Below the pieces are notes generated by a model, which worked only from the letters and a program-made list of their open reading frames with translations, made no database searches and was not told the origin of the DNA. A program made the translations under genes and the position numbers. A stretch of DNA of 64,000 bases from Elusimicrobiota bacterium (GTDB lineage: Bacteria; Elusimicrobiota; Elusimicrobia; UBA1565; UBA9628): positions 4,716 to 68,715 of the forward strand of contig JANRKA010000084.1 of assembly GCA_033875325.1 (NCBI GenBank), written 5' to 3'. Shown here piece by piece: positions 1 to 8,320 of this stretch. Each line of letters begins with the position of its first letter. The first letter of the stretch is position 1.

Positions 1-1449
1 GGCGACCGCGCGGCCCTGCTCGTGCCGCCGTCGCGCGACCTCTACGCCTTGGTGTTCGCCATGTATCGGGCCGGCGTCGTGCCCGTGCTCGTGGACCCCG
101 GCCTGGGTTTGCCCGCCGTGGGCCGCTGCCTGGCGGAGACCGAGCCCAAGGCCTTCATCGGCACGCCCAAGGCCCATCTCGGCCGCTTCCTGGGCAAGTG
201 GGCGCCGACGGCGACCGTGTCCGTCGTGGCCGACGGCAAGCTCCCGGGCATGTGGGACACGAGGGAGCTGCGCCGCATGGGCGCGGCCGGGGCCGGGCGC
301 GAGGCTCGCCCCGAGGAGCTCGCGGCCGTGTTGTTCACCTCCGGCAGCACGGGTCCGGCCAAAGGCGTGCTCTACACGCACGGCATGTTCGCGGCCCAGG
401 TGGAGGCGCTGCGCGCCCTGTTCGACATAAAGGAAGGAGAGGTGTCCATCCCGACCTTCCCGCTGTTCGGGCTCTTCGACGCGGCGTTGGGCCTGACCAG
501 CGTCATCCCGCGCATGGATTTCACCAAACCCGCGCGCGTGGACCCCATGGAGCTCGTGCGTCTGGCCCAGGGGCGGCGCGCCCAGCAGCTCTTCGGCTCC
601 CCGGCGCTGCTCGACCGCCTCGGCCGTTTCGGCGAGCGCTTCGGCATCGCCTTGCCCGACCTGCGCCGCGTGATGTCGGCCGGCGCGCCCGTGCCGGCCA
701 AGGTCGTCATACGCGTGCGCAAGATGCTCGCGCCGGGCGTCGAGGTGTACACGCCTTACGGCGCCACCGAGGCCCTGCCCGTCGCGCTCATCGGCTCCGA
801 GGAGATCCTGCACGGGGCCGACGCGGCCTGCGCCGACGGCAAGGGCACCTGCGTGGGCCGGCCCGTGCCCGGCGTGGACGCCTGCGTCATCCCCGTGAGC
901 GACGGCCCCGTCGCCGCCTGGGACGAGTCGCTGCGCCTGCCCGCCGGGGCCGTGGGCGAAGTGACGGTCAAAGGGCCGATGGTGTCGGCCGCCTACTGGC
1001 GCCGTCCCGAGGCCGACGCCGCGGCCAAGATCGCGGACGGCGGCGGCGCGCGCCACCGCATGGGGGACCTGGGCCGCTTCGACGCGGACGGGCGCCTGTG
1101 GTTCCTCGGCCGCAAGTCCCAGCGCGTGCGCGCCTCGCACGGGGACATGCCCACGGAGGGCGTCGAAGGCGTGTTCAACGCGCTCCCGGCGGTGCGCCGC
1201 AGCGCCCTGGTCGGCGTGGGGCCGGCCGGCGCGCAGACCCCGGTCTTGTGCGTGGAGCGCGAGCCGGGTCAGCCCATCGCCGAGGACGCGCTGCGCCGCC
1301 AGCTGCTGGAGCTGGCGCAGCGGCGCGAGGTCACGCGGCCGGTGCGCGTCGTGTTGTTCCACCCGGGCTTCCCGGTGGACGCGCGCCACAACGCGAAGAT
1401 CCATCGCGAGACGCTCGCCGCGTGGGCCGCGTCGGAGCTGCGGCGGTGA
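1..1449 (+). CDS. AMP-dependent synthetase/ligase, OleC-like (5' end outside window)
   Basis: The frame is open from base 1 (GDRAALLVPPSRD...; track ORF 22..1449). Adenylate-forming motifs are present: FTSGSTGPAKGV, TPYGATE, MGDLGRFDADGRLWFLGRK. The stop overlaps the next start (GTGA at 1446-1449). Confidence 0.85.
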   Translation, partial: GDRAALLVPPSRDLYALVFAMYRAGVVPVLVDPGLGLPAVGRCLAETEPKAFIGTPKAHLGRFLGKWAPTATVSVVADGKLPGMWDTRELRRMGAAGAGREARPEELAAVLFTSGSTGPAKGVLYTHGMFAAQVEALRALFDIKEGEVSIPTFPLFGLFDAALGLTSVIPRMDFTKPARVDPMELVRLAQGRRAQQLFGSPALLDRLGRFGERFGIALPDLRRVMSAGAPVPAKVVIRVRKMLAPGVEVYTPYGATEALPVALIGSEEILHGADAACADGKGTCVGRPVPGVDACVIPVSDGPVAAWDESLRLPAGAVGEVTVKGPMVSAAYWRRPEADAAAKIADGGGARHRMGDLGRFDADGRLWFLGRKSQRVRASHGDMPTEGVEGVFNALPAVRRSALVGVGPAGAQTPVLCVEREPGQPIAEDALRRQLLELAQRREVTRPVRVVLFHPGFPVDARHNAKIHRETLAAWAASELRR

Positions 1450-2447
1450 GGGCTCTGGTCACGGGCGGCGGCGGTTTCCTGGGCGGCGCGTTGGCGCGCA
1501 AGCTGCGCGAGCGCGGCGACGCCGTCGTCGTGTTCGGCCGCGGCTCCTACCCGGACCTCGAGGCCGTGGGCATCGACGCGCTGCGCGGCGACGTCATGGA
1601 CGCCGATGCCGTGAAGGAGGCCGTCGAAGGGGTGGACGCCGTGTTCCACGTCGCGGCCAAGGTCGGGTTGTGGGGCGACCCGCGGGAGTACGAGCAGGTC
1701 AACGTCGAAGGCACGAAAAACGTCATCGCGGCCTGCCTGGCGCACGGCGTGGACCGCCTCATCTTCACCTCCTCGCCCAGCGTCGTTTTCCACGGGGGGG
1801 ACGTCTCGGGCGTGGACGAGAGCGCGCCTTACCCGGAGCGCTTCGATTCCGACTACTCGCGCACCAAGGCCAAGGCCGAGGAGATCGTGCTCGCCGCCAA
1901 CCACGACCGGCTGGCCACCGTGGCCCTTCGCCCGCACCTGGTCTGGGGGCCCGGGGACCGCCACCTCCTGCCGCGCCTGGTGGGCCGGGCCAAGTCGGGG
2001 CGCCTGTTCCGCATCGGCGACGAGGACAAGCTCATCGACACGGTGTTCATCGACGACGCGGTGGAGGCGCACCTCCTGGCCGCCGTCCAGCTCTCGCCGC
2101 TCTCCGACATCGCGGGCAAGCCCTACTTCATCTCCGCCGGCGACCCCCGCCCGGTGTGGGAGATCGTGGACCGCATGTTGGCCGCCGCCGGCCTGGGCCC
2201 CGTGCGCCGCAAGGTGCCCAAAGCGGCGGCGTTCGCCGCGGCCGGGGCCTGCGAGAGCCTGTGGCGCCTGCTCGGGCGTCGCTCCGAGCCGCCGCTCACG
2301 CGTTTCCTCGTCAGCCAGCTCACCACGGACCATTGGTTCGACATCTCGGCGGCCAAACGCGACCTCGGCTGGGCCCCGCGCGTGCGCATCGAGGACGGCA
2401 TGGAGCGTTTGGCGCATTGGTTGAGAGCCGCCAGGCCGTGGGGCTAG
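1446..2447 (+). CDS. NAD(P)-dependent 3-beta-hydroxysteroid dehydrogenase/epimerase-family reductase, OleD-like
   Basis: GTG 1446 is in the frame of track ORF 198..2447. It has a Rossmann motif VTGGGGFLGG, a YSRTK (YxxxK) catalytic motif, and the FHVAA and IFTSSPSVV blocks typical of the 3-beta-HSD family. Confidence 0.85.
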   Translation: MRALVTGGGGFLGGALARKLRERGDAVVVFGRGSYPDLEAVGIDALRGDVMDADAVKEAVEGVDAVFHVAAKVGLWGDPREYEQVNVEGTKNVIAACLAHGVDRLIFTSSPSVVFHGGDVSGVDESAPYPERFDSDYSRTKAKAEEIVLAANHDRLATVALRPHLVWGPGDRHLLPRLVGRAKSGRLFRIGDEDKLIDTVFIDDAVEAHLLAAVQLSPLSDIAGKPYFISAGDPRPVWEIVDRMLAAAGLGPVRRKVPKAAAFAAAGACESLWRLLGRRSEPPLTRFLVSQLTTDHWFDISAAKRDLGWAPRVRIEDGMERLAHWLRAARPWG

Positions 2448-2630
2448 GCGCTGGAAAAGGCCGCTTCAGGACTTAAAGCCCGGCACTTTTAGGTCTTCTC
2501 TCTGTGATTTCCCTTTGCAAACACGGAGTTTCGTAATCTCTTAAGCCTGGCACCGGGGGGTCCATTAGACGGCCTTTGTCTAGGACCAAAGACCTACTCG
2601 TTCCGCGGCTCGATTGCCTACACTGCGGGC

Positions 2631-3758
2631 ATGAAACGACTGACCCTCGCGCTGGCCGTCTCGGCGCCCCTGCTGCTCTCGGGCTGTGATTTCATCAAGA
2701 AGATCTTCGGCGGAGCCGAAGACGCGGTCAACACGGCCGCCGGCCGGCAATCGGCCTGGCCGCGGGACCCGGCCGCCGACATCCGCAACCAGGGCGACAT
2801 CTACAGCGGCGGACAACTCGTGCGCGCCGCCGACCGGGCGGGTCAGGCCGTCGGCGCCGCGGACGGCCGCGACCCGGGCCGCGTGACCTTCGACGGCGGC
2901 GTGGACCGTCCCGGCGACGCCGGCTTCCCCGGAGCGCCGCTCCTCGGCCGCGACTCCGGCGGCACCTACGTCGGCGACATCGCGGTCGGTCCGCGGCCGC
3001 CGCTGGCCATGACGCCCGGCCAGGACCGCCGCTCGGACCTGCAGACCGCGCCTCCGCCGGCTCTCACCTTGCCTCCCGGCACCGCCGTGGGCTCGGCGGT
3101 GGGCGGCGGACCGACCTTGGCCCAGTACGACGCTTTCCAGCGCATGCCGCAGCTGTTCCACCGCGTCTACGACGTGGTCAGCCGGTCGGGTTGGGGCGCC
3201 CAGGCGCCGCGCACCGACTCGGGGCGGCAGAACCCCAACAAAGTCACCGTGCATCACACCGACGGCACCCGTCCCACCGAGCTCGCGCAAAGCATCGCCG
3301 TCGTGCGCGCCATCCAGCACGACCACCGCAACATCTCCGACGCCCGCAAGGGCGGGCGCTGGGCCGACATCGGCTACCACTTCCTCATCGACGGGGCCGG
3401 CCGCGTGTTCGAAGGCCGCCATGCCGAGACCATCGGCGCGCACGCGGGCGCGGGCAACAACCGCAACAACGTGGGCATCGCGCTGATGGGCAACTTCGAC
3501 CGCATGCAGCTGCTCGACCCGCAGCGCGAGTCGCTGGTGCGCCTGGTGACTTTCTTGTCCATCCGGTACCGCCGCGACCCTTCGGCCAGGGGCTTCATCG
3601 AGTCGCATGAGCACTACACCGGCACCGACTGCCCCGGCCGCAACGTGCTGGACTTCCTCAACAGCGGCGAGTTGATGCGCCAGGCGAGCGTGGAGTACGC
3701 GCGGGTCGCGTCCGACTCGCGGCTGCAGCCGCTGGCCATCATCCCGCCCTCGGCCTGA
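2631..3758 (+). CDS. Lipoprotein N-acetylmuramoyl-L-alanine amidase (Amidase_2/PGRP-type domain)
   Basis: There is a signal peptide plus lipobox LLLSGC. The C-terminal half carries VTVHHTDG, GYHFLIDGAGRVFEGR, GAHAGAGNNRNNVGIALMGNF and HYTGTDCPG. A TACACT hexamer lies 6 nt upstream of the ATG. Confidence 0.85.
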   Translation: MKRLTLALAVSAPLLLSGCDFIKKIFGGAEDAVNTAAGRQSAWPRDPAADIRNQGDIYSGGQLVRAADRAGQAVGAADGRDPGRVTFDGGVDRPGDAGFPGAPLLGRDSGGTYVGDIAVGPRPPLAMTPGQDRRSDLQTAPPPALTLPPGTAVGSAVGGGPTLAQYDAFQRMPQLFHRVYDVVSRSGWGAQAPRTDSGRQNPNKVTVHHTDGTRPTELAQSIAVVRAIQHDHRNISDARKGGRWADIGYHFLIDGAGRVFEGRHAETIGAHAGAGNNRNNVGIALMGNFDRMQLLDPQRESLVRLVTFLSIRYRRDPSARGFIESHEHYTGTDCPGRNVLDFLNSGELMRQASVEYARVASDSRLQPLAIIPPSA

Positions 3759-3759
3759 C

Positions 3760-4251
3760 ATGAGGCGGGTCGTCCTGCCGCTGCTGCTCGCGCTCGCGGC
3801 CTGTCGCCAGGCGCCGCCCCCGGTAGAGACGGTCGTCTTCCATTACGAGAAAAGCGTGGAGGGCGTGGTGCGCGAGTCCACCTTCAAGGAGCTGCCGCTG
3901 CGGGCCGTCTTGGGAGAAGGCCGGCTCCTGGCCGGCCTGGAGGAGAGCCTGCGCGCGCTGAAGCCCGGCGAGGAGAGGAGTTTCGCCCTGCCGCCGGAGA
4001 AGGCTTACGGCCCGCGCGACCCCAAACTCGTCGAGACCATGGCGGTCGCCGACTTCGGCGCGATGGCCGACCAGCTCGTGCCCGGCGCGCGCATCCTGGG
4101 CATGCGCGACGGCCAGGCGCAGAAGGCGGTCGTCGAGAAGGTCGAGAACGGCCGCGTGACGCTCGACTTCAACCAGCCCGACGCCGGCAAAACCGTGACC
4201 TTCCGCCTGCGCCTCGTCTCGCGCGAGCCCGGCGCCCATCAGGACCCCTGA
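3760..4251 (+). CDS. FKBP-type peptidyl-prolyl isomerase, lipoprotein-like signal
   Basis: It has a lipobox LLLALAAC and FKBP-like blocks GEGRLLAGLEESLRALKPGEERSFALPPEKAYG and VTLDFNQPDAGKTVTFRLRLV. It starts 1 nt after the amidase stop. Confidence 0.7.
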   Translation: MRRVVLPLLLALAACRQAPPPVETVVFHYEKSVEGVVRESTFKELPLRAVLGEGRLLAGLEESLRALKPGEERSFALPPEKAYGPRDPKLVETMAVADFGAMADQLVPGARILGMRDGQAQKAVVEKVENGRVTLDFNQPDAGKTVTFRLRLVSREPGAHQDP

Positions 4252-4276
4252 CGCTCCCGTTTGGTAACATGAGGGC

Positions 4277-4993
4277 GTGATCGTCCTCTTCACCGACGGC
4301 GCCTGCTCGGGCAACCCCGGACCCGGCGGCTGGGCCTGCGTGTTGGCCCTGCCCGACGGCCGCGCGCGCGAGTTGGCGGGCGGGGAACGCGCCACCACGA
4401 ACAACCGCATGGAGATGCGCGCGGTGCTCGAGGGTCTGCTCGCGGTCCAGGGGCTGCCCGGCGTCGCGGTCGTGCACACGGACTCGACCTACGTCCTCGG
4501 CGGCATGACCAAGTGGATGAGCGGCTGGAAGCGCCGCGGCTGGCGCACCGCCGCGGGCGAGCCGGTCAAGAACGAGGACCTGTGGCGCGCGCTCGACGCC
4601 GCGCGCGAGGCGCGCGGGCGCGGCGGCGTGTCCTGGCGCTGGGTCCGCGGGCACGACGGCCACGACGCCAACGAGCGCTGCGACGAGCTGGCGGTGGCCT
4701 TCAGCAAAGGCCGCCCCGTCACGCTCTACGACGGCGCGCTCGTCGGCTACCCCTACGGCTCGCTCGCCCCCAGCCCGGAGGCCCCGCTGCCCGAGAGCAA
4801 GCCTGGAGGCGGTCGCCCGGCCGAGCCGGCGGGCCCGGCCACCTACCTGAGCCTGGTGGACGGGCGCCTGGAGCGCCACGCCGCCTGGAAGGACTGCGAG
4901 GCGCGCGTGAAGGGGCGCGGCGGCGCCAGGTTCAAGAAAGTACGCTCGCCCGAAGAGGAGCGCGCCGTGTTGTCGGCGTGGGGGGTCTCATGA
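4277..4993 (+). CDS. rnhA: Ribonuclease HI with an extra C-terminal hybrid-binding-like domain
   Basis: GTG start with TAACAT 6 nt upstream. The RNase HI core is present: TDGACSGNPGPGGWA, NNRMEMRA, HTDSTYV, WVRGHDGHDANERCDELA. An additional C-terminal segment reads YLSLVDGRLERHAAWKDCEARVKGRGGARFKKVRSPEEERAVL. Confidence 0.9.
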   Translation: MIVLFTDGACSGNPGPGGWACVLALPDGRARELAGGERATTNNRMEMRAVLEGLLAVQGLPGVAVVHTDSTYVLGGMTKWMSGWKRRGWRTAAGEPVKNEDLWRALDAAREARGRGGVSWRWVRGHDGHDANERCDELAVAFSKGRPVTLYDGALVGYPYGSLAPSPEAPLPESKPGGGRPAEPAGPATYLSLVDGRLERHAAWKDCEARVKGRGGARFKKVRSPEEERAVLSAWGVS

Positions 4994-6312
4994 TCGTCAT
5001 GAAGTTCGGCGGCTCCAGCGTGGGCGCGCCCGACCGCGTCAAACGCGTCGTCGCCATCATCAAGGGCCGCCTGACGCGCAAACCCGTCGTCGTGGTGTCG
5101 GCCTTCCGCGGCGTCACCGACGACCTCCTGGAGCTGGGGCGCGAGGCGCTGCGCGGCGACCTCTCGCGCCTGGCCGCCGTCGAGGCGCGCCACCGCGACG
5201 CGGCGCGCGAGCTGGGCGTGGACGCGGCCGCCGTCGAGCCGCTTTTCGCGGAGCTGGCCGAGCTCGCGCGCGGCGTCTCCCTGCTCAAGGAGCTGACGCC
5301 CCGCACCCTCGACCGGCTCGCCGGCTACGGGGAGCGCCTGTCCGTGCGCCGCGTGGCCGCGGCGATGACCGCGGCGGGGCTGCCCGCGCGCGCCGTGGAC
5401 GCGCCCGACGCGGGCCTGGTCACCGACGAGCGGTTCGGCGGGGCCGCGCCGCTGCCCGAGGCCGACGAGCTGCTGCGACGCTCCCTGGGCGGCGACGGGC
5501 CCGTGCCCATCGTCACCGGCTTCATCGGCCGCACGCGGGACGGGGAGCTCACCACCCTGGGACGCAACGGCTCCGACTACACCGCCACCATCTTGGGCGC
5601 CGCCCTGGGCGCCGAGGAGGTCGAGATCTGGTCGGACGTGGACGGCATCATGACCGCCGACCCGCGCATCGTCCCCGCGGCCAAGCCGCTGGAGACCCTG
5701 AGCTTCGCCGAGGCCTGCGAGCTGGCCTACTACGGCGGCAAGGTCCTGCACCCGCACACCTTGGTCCCGGCGATGCGCAAGGGCATCCCCGTGCGGGCGC
5801 TGAACACCTTCAAGCCCGAACACCCGGGCACCCGCATCGTGGCCGAGCCCGCTCCCGCCCACGGGAGCGCGCTCAAGTCCATCGCCTTCAAGCGCCGGCA
5901 GCTCATCTTGACCGCGGAGAGCCCGCGCATGTTGTCGGGCCCCGGCTTCCTCGCCCGCATCTTCGGCGCGCTGGCGCGCCACGACATCGACGTGGACATG
6001 GTCGCCACCTCCGAGGTCTCGGTCTCGGCCACCACCGGCGACGAGAGGGGCGTGGCCAAGGCCGTCGAGGAGCTGTCGCCCGAGTTCGAGACGACCGTGG
6101 AGCGCGGCATGTCCGTGGTGTGCGCCGTCGGCGACGCCATCTCCTCGACCCAAGGTGTGGCCGGAGAGATCTTCTCCGCCATGAAGGAGGCCCGCGTCAA
6201 CGTGCGTATGATCTCCCAAGGCGCGTCCAAGAACAACGTCGCCTTCGTCGTCGCCGACCAAGACGTCGAAACCGCCGTCCGCGCCCTCCACGCCCGCTTC
6301 TTCAGAACCTAA
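4990..6312 (+). CDS. lysC: Aspartate kinase (monofunctional, C-terminal ACT repeats)
   Basis: ATG 4990 overlaps the rnhA stop (ATGA). It has the N-terminal signature MKFGGSSV, then GRNGSDYTA and IWSDVDGIMTADPR, and a C-terminal ACT-like duplication. Confidence 0.9.
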   Translation: MIVMKFGGSSVGAPDRVKRVVAIIKGRLTRKPVVVVSAFRGVTDDLLELGREALRGDLSRLAAVEARHRDAARELGVDAAAVEPLFAELAELARGVSLLKELTPRTLDRLAGYGERLSVRRVAAAMTAAGLPARAVDAPDAGLVTDERFGGAAPLPEADELLRRSLGGDGPVPIVTGFIGRTRDGELTTLGRNGSDYTATILGAALGAEEVEIWSDVDGIMTADPRIVPAAKPLETLSFAEACELAYYGGKVLHPHTLVPAMRKGIPVRALNTFKPEHPGTRIVAEPAPAHGSALKSIAFKRRQLILTAESPRMLSGPGFLARIFGALARHDIDVDMVATSEVSVSATTGDERGVAKAVEELSPEFETTVERGMSVVCAVGDAISSTQGVAGEIFSAMKEARVNVRMISQGASKNNVAFVVADQDVETAVRALHARFFRT

Positions 6313-6337
6313 CAGAAGGGTCAGGCACTTCGTTAGG
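6308..6337. repeat. REP monomer (left flank of RAYT)
   Basis: The sequence cctaacagaagggtcaggcacttcgttagg is an imperfect hairpin (cctaac/gttagg, gaag/cttc). It contains the stop codons of both lysC (6310-6312) and the RAYT gene (6333-6335). Confidence 0.85.
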
Positions 6338-7103
6338 TCGTGCGCGCCCTCAGCATGTAGAGAGCTTCCGGCGTGCAGTTCAAGGCTCGCGCCAACTTGG
6401 TGAGCCGGTGGCCGCTCTTCAACGCGCGCGCGACGAGGCTGATTTTCGCTCGCGTGTACGCACTGCCCCGTGCGCCCGAGCACATCGCCCCCGCAGAGAC
6501 GCCGAACTCCGCCGCGCAGCGCGCGATCAGTTCCTCGATGGAGTGCGCCGAGGGCGAGGCGGACACGGCCTCATCGATGATCCGCTGATGGCTCATTCGC
6601 ACCACGCTGGCGCTCCGTCCTGCCAATGACGAAAGCCGCTCGAAATCGACCTTCGCATGGACGCCAGACTCCCATTCGGCGCAGCTGGACCAGGCCCAGC
6701 GGCCCGGCGTCGGCGTGAGGTGCGCCCTGACCGGATTCAGGTGGATGTACGCGGCGACGTGCTCGATGCGTCCCGGATCCGCGCATTCCGACGACCAGAA
6801 TCGCGCCTCGAAGAGATGCCCGCAGCGACGATACAGCTTGTTGAAGCGCACCGAGTACGCCGTGAGTGCTGCCTGAAGCGGCCGACCGAGGGGGGTAGCT
6901 CCTGTGCCAATCAGCAGATGAAAGTGATTCGGCATGAGGCAGTACGCAAGCATGCGCGCGCCCGCGTGAGCGAGTTGGGGATCGAGCATCGTCAGAAAGG
7001 TCTCGCGGTCGCGGTCCGTGAGAAAAATGGGCTGTCTATCCACGCCGCGACTGACGATGTGGAAGACCGAATCTACCCGGTGATGACGACTCTTTCTGGG
7101 CAT
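6333..7103 (-). CDS. REP-associated tyrosine transposase (IS200/Y1 HUH fold) with C-terminal DnaA-domain-IV-like HTH
   Basis: This is the C-terminal part of track ORF 6333..8168, starting at MPRKSRHH (ATG 7103, preceded by aagaggg). It has the HUH motif MPNHFHLLI and the catalytic Tyr block AAYIHLNPV. The C-terminus IEELIARCAAEFGVSAGAMCSGARGSAYTRAKISLVARAL...LARALNCTPEAL resembles the DnaA C-terminal DNA-binding domain. GC content is visibly lower than in the surrounding sequence. Confidence 0.85.
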   Translation of the reverse strand: MPRKSRHHRVDSVFHIVSRGVDRQPIFLTDRDRETFLTMLDPQLAHAGARMLAYCLMPNHFHLLIGTGATPLGRPLQAALTAYSVRFNKLYRRCGHLFEARFWSSECADPGRIEHVAAYIHLNPVRAHLTPTPGRWAWSSCAEWESGVHAKVDFERLSSLAGRSASVVRMSHQRIIDEAVSASPSAHSIEELIARCAAEFGVSAGAMCSGARGSAYTRAKISLVARALKSGHRLTKLARALNCTPEALYMLRARTT

Positions 7104-7143
7104 CCCTCTTACATACGAACGAGGGGGGCCAAAAGTTCCCGGA

Positions 7144-7173
7144 CCTAACGAAGTGCCTGACCCTTCTGTTAGG
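7144..7173. repeat. REP monomer (right flank of RAYT, inverted)
   Basis: The sequence cctaacgaagtgcctgacccttctgttagg is the exact reverse complement of 6308-6337. It contains the stop codon (7169-7171) of the CDP-alcohol transferase gene. Confidence 0.85.
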
Positions 7174-8320
7174 TTTTCGTGAGGCGGTTGGATTGCCACC
7201 AGAGCCAGAGCCAGAAGGCGTGGGAGCCGTAGGCGGCGGCCCAGACGAACCAGTCGAGGCGGCCCAGTGCGGTGAGGACGAGGAGGAGGTAGACGTAGTC
7301 GCGGCTGGCGATGCGCTCGACGGTCAGCGCGAGCGGGCCGCGTTCCTCGTCGGGGACGCTGAGCACGAGTTTCCAGACCGTGTAGCCGCAGGCGAGGAAG
7401 CCGCTGACCAGGAGGACGCCGGGGACGGTCCAGTCCGTGCCGGGGTGGACGCGCGCCACGCCGAACGGGAGAGCGACGAAGGTCGCCAGGTGGGCGACGT
7501 GGTCGGCCCAGATGTCGTAGGCCGCGCCCGAGGGCGAGGAGAGATGTTTGAGACGGGCGATCTCGCCGTCGCAGCCGTCGAGGAGGGCGCACACCCAGAG
7601 CAGGAAGGCGCCGATGAAGTGGTCCGCGGTCGTCGGCCCGGCGAGCTTCCAGGCTCCCCATAGGCCGACGAGCAGGCTCGCGGTCGTCACGGCGTTGGGC
7701 GTGACGGGGAAGGGCAGCATGAGCCGCGAGAGGCGGACGGAGAGGGCGCGGTCGAAGCGGGCGAGGTAGCCGTCCTTGGGGTTGCCCAGGCGCGAGTAGA
7801 GCTCGCGCGCGGCGGCGGCGGCGGCGGCGGGGGTGTCCGCGACGAACCAGCGCGCGGCGGCGACCTCGGGCAGAGGGGCCTGCAGGGCCTTCATCAAGGC
7901 GTCGGCGGGCATGGCCTTGCCGGCGCCGGCGTCGCCGGCGCGGCGCAGGAGCGCGGCGACCGGGCGGCCTCCGTCGAGGCGGCGCGCGTCGCCGCCGTTG
8001 GCGGCGCGCAGGTCCTCCGCGGCGGCTCGGAAGGCCGACAGGAAGCCGGCGTCGGGGAAACCTTCGGGGTCGAGGGCGAGCAGGGGCGCGTGCGGGTCGA
8101 GCAGGGCCGCGTCGGAGAACAGGCCGACGCGCAGCTCGACGCCCGGGGCGCTCAGCTGGGTCTTCCAACGCTCGGCGAAACGCGCGTCCGTGGTCAGCAC
8201 GACCAGGCGGCAGGGCGCGAGTTCCTTGGCGGCGCGGAAGGCCTGGCGCACGGCGACCGGCAGGCCGGCCACGACGGCCGCGGTGGGGCGCTGCGACACC
8301 AGCACCTGCAGGAGGCTCAC
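7169..8320 (-). CDS. CDP-alcohol phosphatidyltransferase family membrane protein with ~170-aa N-terminal soluble domain
   Basis: GTG 8320 overlaps the upstream stop (GTGA). The CDP-OH transferase motif DGCDGEIARL...G...D...D lies in the TM-rich C-terminal half. The N-terminal part of track ORF 7169..9163 beyond 8320 is a shadow frame. Confidence 0.75.
   Translation of the reverse strand: MSLLQVLVSQRPTAAVVAGLPVAVRQAFRAAKELAPCRLVVLTTDARFAERWKTQLSAPGVELRVGLFSDAALLDPHAPLLALDPEGFPDAGFLSAFRAAAEDLRAANGGDARRLDGGRPVAALLRRAGDAGAGKAMPADALMKALQAPLPEVAAARWFVADTPAAAAAAARELYSRLGNPKDGYLARFDRALSVRLSRLMLPFPVTPNAVTTASLLVGLWGAWKLAGPTTADHFIGAFLLWVCALLDGCDGEIARLKHLSSPSGAAYDIWADHVAHLATFVALPFGVARVHPGTDWTVPGVLLVSGFLACGYTVWKLVLSVPDEERGPLALTVERIASRDYVYLLLVLTALGRLDWFVWAAAYGSHAFWLWLWWQSNRLTKT

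Larger units (their letters stand above)
6306..7175 (-). mobile_element. RAYT cassette: REP - RAYT gene - inverted REP
   Basis: Exact inverted repeats of at least 30 bp (6308-6337 and 7144-7173, extendable to 32 bp) bracket a Y1/HUH transposase-like gene. The cassette sits exactly between two convergent host genes. Confidence 0.8.

Noticed and set aside
2470-2560. REP-like fragments (cccggcacttttagg, cctggcacc) in the intergenic region upstream of the amidase gene.
   Set aside because: They match only 7-9 nt of the REP core, with no TAAC/GTTA ends and no hairpin partner. This is too weak to call a degenerate REP.
7104-7115. TATGTA-N6-ATG upstream of the RAYT gene as another leaderless promoter.
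   Set aside because: The hexamer ends in A rather than T, and the 6-nt spacer agaggg is itself a good Shine-Dalgarno sequence. A conventional leadered start is equally likely.
7808-7831. A (GGC/GCG)n trinucleotide tract.
   Set aside because: It encodes a poly-Ala stretch (PAAAAAAAARE) in the soluble domain of the CDP-alcohol transferase. That is ordinary low complexity for this GC content.
6333-8168. A 611-aa reading of the RAYT ORF.
   Set aside because: The N-terminal ~355 codons are Arg/Pro shadow sequence running through the REP and the CDP-alcohol transferase gene. The conserved Y1 transposase N-terminus begins at MPRKSRHH (7103).
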